This document shows, piece by piece, positions 59,028 to 64,000 of a DNA stretch of 64,000 nt. A program made the position numbers and the translations under genes. Source of the stretch: a virus; IMG/VR virus record IMGVR_UViG_3300017917_004503, positions 87,374 through 151,373 of that record, one strand, 5' to 3'. Within the stretch, counting starts at the first letter, position 1; each line of letters starts with the position of its first letter. The notes below the pieces were generated by a model. The model had not been told where the DNA came from, made no database searches, and was given only the letters and a program-made list of their open reading frames with translations.

Positions 59028-59834
59028 ATGGCAACTCCTAAGAAAGATTTTAAATCGACCTTAAAATTCTGTAAAAATTGCGGAGAACCGCTTGAATTAA
59101 AAGTATCCAGAGATCTAATAAGAAAAAATTTCTGTTCTAGAAGATGTAATGGGATTTTTAGAGGCAAAAAAGCATTTGAAGATCCTGTATTTAGAGAAAA
59201 ATTCATCTCATCTTCACACACTTTGGATGTGAACATGAAAAGATCCGAGAAAATGAAACGTGAAAATCATCCTTTATGGGTCGGAATGGATCTTAGAAAT
59301 TGTCTAAATTGTAATAAGGAATTCTCTTGCAGAAAAACGAAGAATAATAAATACTGTAGCCTTTCTTGCTCACTAAAAAAAATTCATCAGGATAATATAG
59401 GGGACAAAGTTGAAAAAATAGAGTATTCTTGTATTATCTGTGGAAATCCTTTCAAAAGAAGTATAAACTATAAATATAATCCACTCTATTGTTCTTATAG
59501 GTGTAATGGAATAGACAGATGCAAAAAAAGTAAAAAGAGTAGAACAGACATAGAAATTTTATTAGCCGGTATTTTAGAATCGATGAACCTCGATTTCATA
59601 GAACAGATAAATGTTAAGAATGTCTCGGTTGTTGATTTTTTACTTGATGATCTGATAATTTTTGCTGATGGCGAATACTGGCACAATTTACCAGGAAGAC
59701 TAGATAGAGATAAAGAACAAACCGAAAAACTTGAAAGATTGGGCTATAAGGTCTTTAGATTTTCTGGGGGTCAGATAAAAAATAACCCTGAATACATAAA
59801 AGAAAAAATATATAATTATTATGAATCAAATTAA
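59028..59834 (+). CDS. Zn-ribbon repeat plus Vsr/DUF559-type endonuclease (putative free-standing homing endonuclease)
   Basis: Three CxxC...[FY]CSxxC modules; DF...DGEYWH...RD...LGYKVFRF nuclease domain; ATG at 59028. Confidence 0.75.
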   Translation: MATPKKDFKSTLKFCKNCGEPLELKVSRDLIRKNFCSRRCNGIFRGKKAFEDPVFREKFISSSHTLDVNMKRSEKMKRENHPLWVGMDLRNCLNCNKEFSCRKTKNNKYCSLSCSLKKIHQDNIGDKVEKIEYSCIICGNPFKRSINYKYNPLYCSYRCNGIDRCKKSKKSRTDIEILLAGILESMNLDFIEQINVKNVSVVDFLLDDLIIFADGEYWHNLPGRLDRDKEQTEKLERLGYKVFRFSGGQIKNNPEYIKEKIYNYYESN

Positions 59835-60219
59835 CGAAAAGTCCGTTAGCTCTGCACAACAAGCTCTAATGGGACAGGCTTATGCAATCAAGATTGGTTC
59901 TTTAGATCCTATGGACGTAGATCCTAAATACAGAAAACAGATCTTAGACTTAGTAAAAAACATGACTAAGAAAGAACTAGAGAAGTTTGCCAAAACCAAA
60001 CATAAAGACCTTCCGCATCACGTCGACGAGTCTGAAGATGTCAATAATGAGATGGAGGTTAGTTTAGAGCCTGTTGGTTCTTCAGATATGCCTAAGTTTG
60101 TACCGAAGGGACCCGGAAAAATAGTTCCTTTTCTAGATCCAGATTCTAAACAAAAGCTTAAAGGTAAGAAGAATTTGCAGAATTTGAAAGATTATAGAGA
60201 TTGGATCAACCAAAAATAA
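59821..60219 (+). CDS. DUF3008-like protein
   Basis: SVSSAQQALMG.A...MTKKELEKFAKTKHKDLP. Confidence 0.6.
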   Translation: MNQINEKSVSSAQQALMGQAYAIKIGSLDPMDVDPKYRKQILDLVKNMTKKELEKFAKTKHKDLPHHVDESEDVNNEMEVSLEPVGSSDMPKFVPKGPGKIVPFLDPDSKQKLKGKKNLQNLKDYRDWINQK

Positions 60220-60294
60220 TTTCTGAACTTATAGTTAGTGGCTAAATTTCCATCTAATTTTAAAATAGGTTAGAATAAAGAATATATAATATAC

Positions 60295-60720
60295 GTGAAG
60301 CATTTACTTGAATATTCTAAATATGAACCGGAGGAGGAGTATAAATCTGACTCGAGGAGAAAGATCAATCTGGACGTCGTGAGAGAATTTCCCGAATATA
60401 GAATGATTTTGGATCTTGGATTTAAGGATGTAACTTCACACCAGCAAGAACTAAATAACACCTTGAAATTTACCAGAACTACTGACGTACAAAGAGAAAG
60501 AGGTCACGGTAAAGTTTTTTACACAATACATCCAACTGGAATTGTCCGTAGATATAATCCGGTAAAGAATAGAAAAAATCCTGCTGAATTAGATGAAGGT
60601 AACGGTAATGATTTGAGAGATTTCGGTAAACCGTTCAAAAGAGCTATCGATTATGTCAAAGGACTTAAATACCTTTTACAATATCTAAAGAGAAAAGAAC
60701 AAAAAGGAGATTATCGATAA
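60295..60720 (+). CDS. hypothetical protein
   Basis: GTG start after AATATATA; MKHLLEYSKYE leader. Confidence 0.55.
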   Translation: MKHLLEYSKYEPEEEYKSDSRRKINLDVVREFPEYRMILDLGFKDVTSHQQELNNTLKFTRTTDVQRERGHGKVFYTIHPTGIVRRYNPVKNRKNPAELDEGNGNDLRDFGKPFKRAIDYVKGLKYLLQYLKRKEQKGDYR

Positions 60721-60947
60721 TGTGCAATTGTACCAACAGCAGAGAAGTAATTCAAACCCACAAGAATTCTTCAAAACCTTTAAGTCCATTGATCAATAAG
60801 TGGATCATAGATAATATGGGTAGAAAATTATTAGTGCAAGAATCTATCTATGATATATACAATGATATAATCGGATACATAACCAAAAATTCTGACGGCC
60901 AAACCATAAGAATTTTTGAATCCAACGTAAAACAAATTTTAGACTAA
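60720..60947 (+). CDS. hypothetical protein
   Basis: TAATG coupling with the previous gene; 75 aa. Confidence 0.5.
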   Translation: MCNCTNSREVIQTHKNSSKPLSPLINKWIIDNMGRKLLVQESIYDIYNDIIGYITKNSDGQTIRIFESNVKQILD

Positions 60948-60948
60948 T

Positions 60949-61404
60949 ATGTTCCACCCAACCGGAAATTCACCAAAAGGAAAAACCCTCATATGTATGG
61001 AGGATGTCGAAAACGAATTAGATGATATTATTGACGAATGCGAACCTTCCAAGATGGTTGAAGGTATCACAAACTGGCTTAATGAACAGGGATATTGTGT
61101 AGAATGCTGGCAAATGAAAGAATATCTGAAAGCCAAAGGACTAAGCGAAGAAACTGTTAATGAAGATATGGCTGCTGCAGCACCCGCTCCAGGATTAGCA
61201 ACACTAGGTACAGTATCTGGTATGGGCAATCCAGCACCTCCAAGTTCGGCCGGAGCCACAAACGCAGGATTCTATAATCCTGCAAATCAAGGATCTGGTG
61301 ATAAGTTTCCATCTCTCACCGTAGGAACTCCTGCGGCAAAATCTAAAAAAGGAAGAAGCGTAGCTACCTTTTTAGATTTCATTAAGAAGAGAAAGAAATC
61401 GTAA
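60949..61404 (+). CDS. hypothetical protein (acidic N-terminal part, Ala/Gly/Pro-rich linker)
   Basis: 151-aa ORF with VNED site and C-terminal VATFLDFIKK. Confidence 0.55.
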   Translation: MFHPTGNSPKGKTLICMEDVENELDDIIDECEPSKMVEGITNWLNEQGYCVECWQMKEYLKAKGLSEETVNEDMAAAAPAPGLATLGTVSGMGNPAPPSSAGATNAGFYNPANQGSGDKFPSLTVGTPAAKSKKGRSVATFLDFIKKRKKS

Positions 61405-61424
61405 AAAATAGCAAATATTTCGAC

Positions 61425-61453
61425 AAAATGTCCACCATCGGTGGACATTTTTT
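61425..61453 (+). terminator. intrinsic terminator / inverted repeat upstream of dnaK
   Basis: AAAATGTCCACC-ATC-GGTGGACATTTTTT. Confidence 0.65.
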
Positions 61454-61559
61454 CTTGTATGGGGGTTTGGAATCTTTTTTGATGTGAATTCTAAGATTAT
61501 TAACATCTAAAAAGAAATCTTTACAAGAAAAAACAGTAAAAATAAAATAAAATAAACAT

Positions 61560-63449
61560 ATGTCAAAAGTAATAGGAATCGACTTAGGAACCACGAATTC
61601 GTGCGTTTCAGTAATTGAAGGATCTTCACCAGTTGTGATAGTGAATTCTGAAGGTAAAAGAACAACCCCTAGCGTTGTTTCATTTAAGGATAACGAGATT
61701 AAGGTTGGGGATCCAGCTAAGAGACAATCGGTTACAAATCCAGAAAACACCATTTACTCAGTCAAAAGATTTATTGGGTCTAAGTTCACTGAGGTTAAAA
61801 AAGAAGCTAAGAAAATGCCTTATAAGGTAAAGGAGGGCGAATCACAAAAAGTAATCATTGAAACCAACAATAGAAAATACGTTCCCCAAGAAATTTCTGC
61901 TATAGTTTTACAAAACTTGAAAAGAACAGCGGAAGAATATTTAGGTGACAGCGTCACAAAAGCAGTTATCACTGTTCCTGCCTATTTTAATGATAGTCAA
62001 AGACAAGCTACAAAAGAAGCCGGAGAAATTGCAGGTTTGGAAGTTCTTAGAATTATAAACGAGCCAACTGCAGCAGCTTTAGCTTATGGCCTTGATAAAG
62101 GAGACAAAGATATGAAAGTTGCAGTCTATGACTTAGGAGGAGGTACTTTCGACGTATCTATTCTTGAAATCGGATCTGGTGTTTTTGAAGTTTTATCTAC
62201 TAATGGAGACACACATCTCGGTGGTGATAATTTCGATGAGAAGATAATCGATTGGATCGTTGAAGAATTCAAGACTGAGTCTGGTATAGACACATCTAAA
62301 GACCCAATGGCATACCAAAGAATCAGAGAAGCAGCGGAAAAGGCTAAGATTGAATTATCTTCTTCTTCTGAGACTGAAATCAACTTACCATATTTAACTG
62401 CAGATTCAAGCGGACCTAAACACTTCGTCAAGAAAATCACCAGAGCAGCTTTTGAAGCTATGTGTTCGGATCTTATTGACAAAACGCTTGCACCTTGCAA
62501 AAAAGCCTTAAATGATGCAGGATTAAAAGCGTCAGATATTGACGAAGTTATTTTAGTTGGCGGATCAACTAGAATACCTAAAGTACAGGATGAGGTTGAA
62601 AAACTTTTCGGTAAGAAGCCATCTAAAAACGTAAATCCTGATGAAGTAGTAGCAATCGGTGCTGCTATCCAAGGAGGGGTTTTAGCAGGAGAGATTAAAG
62701 ACGTACTTCTTTTAGATGTAACCCCACTTTCCCTCGGTATTGAAACTATGGGCGGAGTTTTCACCAAACTGATTGAGTCCAATTCGACAATACCAATTAC
62801 AAAGAGTGAAATATTCTCTACTGCGGTAGATAATCAACATGCGGTTGATATTCACGTTTTGCAAGGCGAAAGACCTATGGCAGCTGATAATAGAACACTT
62901 GGTAAATTTCAATTAACCGACATTCCCCCAGCAATGAGGGGTGTACCTAAAATTGAAGTAACATTTGATATTGACGCAAATGGCATTATCAGCGTTTCTG
63001 CCAAGGATCAAGGAACAGGAAAGAAACAAAACATTCGAATTGAATCAGGAAGTAAATTAACACAAGATGAGATTGAAAAGATGAAGAGAGAAGCTGTTGA
63101 AAATGACGAAGCTGATAAGAAGAGATTGAAAAAATCCCAAATCTCCAACACAGCAGATTCGCTTTGCTTCCAGACCGAAAAAGCCCTTGATGATGTGAGT
63201 GAGAAGATCGAAGATGATGAGAAAGAGAAAATTAAAACTTTGGTTGATGAGCTAAGAAAACTAAAAGACGGAGATGACATTGACGCCACTGAATCCAAAA
63301 TGAAGGAACTTAGCGATAAAATGAATGAAGTAATGACCAAAGTTTACGCAGCTGAGTCACAAAATAATGAAAAGACTGAAACTGGTGAAGCAAGTGAGAA
63401 TGTGAATGTTGAGGATGCTGAATTCGAGGAAGTTACGGATAAAAATTAA
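61560..63449 (+). CDS. dnaK: chaperone DnaK (Hsp70)
   Basis: [48 protein letters not shown] and NPDEVVA. Confidence 0.97.
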   Translation: MSKVIGIDLGTTNSCVSVIEGSSPVVIVNSEGKRTTPSVVSFKDNEIKVGDPAKRQSVTNPENTIYSVKRFIGSKFTEVKKEAKKMPYKVKEGESQKVIIETNNRKYVPQEISAIVLQNLKRTAEEYLGDSVTKAVITVPAYFNDSQRQATKEAGEIAGLEVLRIINEPTAAALAYGLDKGDKDMKVAVYDLGGGTFDVSILEIGSGVFEVLSTNGDTHLGGDNFDEKIIDWIVEEFKTESGIDTSKDPMAYQRIREAAEKAKIELSSSSETEINLPYLTADSSGPKHFVKKITRAAFEAMCSDLIDKTLAPCKKALNDAGLKASDIDEVILVGGSTRIPKVQDEVEKLFGKKPSKNVNPDEVVAIGAAIQGGVLAGEIKDVLLLDVTPLSLGIETMGGVFTKLIESNSTIPITKSEIFSTAVDNQHAVDIHVLQGERPMAADNRTLGKFQLTDIPPAMRGVPKIEVTFDIDANGIISVSAKDQGTGKKQNIRIESGSKLTQDEIEKMKREAVENDEADKKRLKKSQISNTADSLCFQTEKALDDVSEKIEDDEKEKIKTLVDELRKLKDGDDIDATESKMKELSDKMNEVMTKVYAAESQNNEKTETGEASENVNVEDAEFEEVTDKN

Positions 63450-63468
63450 TAATCGATTACATAATATT

Positions 63469-63495
63469 AAAGCCGGGTATAACCCGGCTTTTTTT
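63469..63495 (+). terminator. intrinsic terminator
   Basis: AAAGCCGGGT-ATA-ACCCGGCTTT plus T run. Confidence 0.85.
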
Positions 63496-63505
63496 GTTTG
63501 GTGGG

Positions 63506-63513
63506 GATATATA
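63506..63513 (+). promoter_or_regulatory. putative late promoter GATATATA
   Basis: Recurrent intergenic motif. Confidence 0.55.
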
Positions 63514-63533
63514 CAAAAACACTATTAGATTAA

Positions 63534-64000
63534 ATGCAAACTTTCAAACATTTTAAGGAAAATACAAACGAGGGCTTTGAAGTTGAATCGATCCAGATCT
63601 CAGCTTCACCAGAAGTAACTCAACCTAAAACTCTTGCTCCTGATATTGTCGAGGCTATCGAAAAAAGAATAGCAGGAGAATACGTAGCTCACTACACTTA
63701 CAGAAACGCAGCTAATTGGTGCAAAAATGCGAACTATAAAAAAGCAGCAGCTTTCTTTGAAGCCGAGGCGGCTTATGAATTGGATCACGCTAAAATGCTT
63801 CAGGATTATTTAACACAGTGGAACGTGATTCCTAAAATGCTTCCAGTTGATTCTAATCTTTGCTTCACATCATTGGTTCACATTATTGATGAAGCTTACG
63901 ATGTTGAATATAATCTTTTGAAGAATTATTCGGCAATGCAGATTGCTCTTTGCGAAGCACATCCAGCAACTTTCAATTTCATTCAGAAATTTGTTGATAT
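63534..64000 (+). CDS. ferritin-like protein, 3'-truncated
   Basis: Translated by hand: MQTFKHFKENTNE...RIAGEYVAHYTYRNAANWC..YKKAAAFFEAEAAYELDHAKMLQDYL...EAYDVEY...ATFNFIQKFVD; non-heme ferritin pattern; runs off the window. Confidence 0.8.
   Translation, partial: MQTFKHFKENTNEGFEVESIQISASPEVTQPKTLAPDIVEAIEKRIAGEYVAHYTYRNAANWCKNANYKKAAAFFEAEAAYELDHAKMLQDYLTQWNVIPKMLPVDSNLCFTSLVHIIDEAYDVEYNLLKNYSAMQIALCEAHPATFNFIQKFVD

Noticed and set aside
61422-61453. CIRCE element upstream of dnaK
   Set aside because: The inverted repeat does not match TTAGCACTC-N9-GAGTGCTAA
62126-63340. Long minus-strand ORFs (218 aa and others) opposite dnaK
   Set aside because: Antisense ORFs opposite hsp70 genes are a familiar codon-bias artefact; no independent motifs
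1-64000. Stop-codon reassignment as in some large phages
   Set aside because: Long ORFs tile the window in the standard code, and TAA, TGA and TAG all end genes cleanly

Overview
A 64 kb, AT-rich, gene-dense segment of a large T4-like (myovirus-type, probably jumbo) bacteriophage. Almost every gene is on the + strand and is read in the standard genetic code. No tRNA, rRNA or CRISPR array was seen. Positions 1-48.4 kb are a tail/baseplate/fibre module: gp53-, hub-, gp5-, gp13-, gp25-, gp6-, gp7- and gp3-like genes plus very large Ser/Thr/Gly-rich virion proteins. This module is interrupted by a ribosomal protein S1 homolog, an amidoligase, a glycosyltransferase and phoH. Positions 48.7-54 kb are a T4-like replication/recombination block (RuvC-like, gp32 SSB, gp61 primase, UvsY, UvsW). 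Positions 54-64 kb hold accessory genes: a Pol-beta-like nucleotidyltransferase, a ligase-like/HIGH-transferase fusion, an Hc1 histone-like protein, DUF4494-like and DUF3008-like genes, a Zn-ribbon endonuclease, DnaK and a ferritin. Several clues suggest a Bacteroidota host (inference): the S1 N-terminus, Hc1, DUF4494, a Reg_prop propeller and SD-less A-rich start contexts. The leading candidate for an undescribed system is virion O-glycosylation: a glycosyltransferase resembling plant peptidyl-Ser/Hyp O-glycosyltransferases lies directly behind a mucin-like Thr-rich baseplate protein, and a G-x-T-G motif recurs through the outer virion proteins. Other leads are three paralogous fibre genes with in-register 10-triplet collagen segments (possible heterotrimer), a T4-like capsid-targeting motif on many accessory proteins, and two recurring promoter motifs. 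All family assignments come from reading motifs by eye, with no database search.
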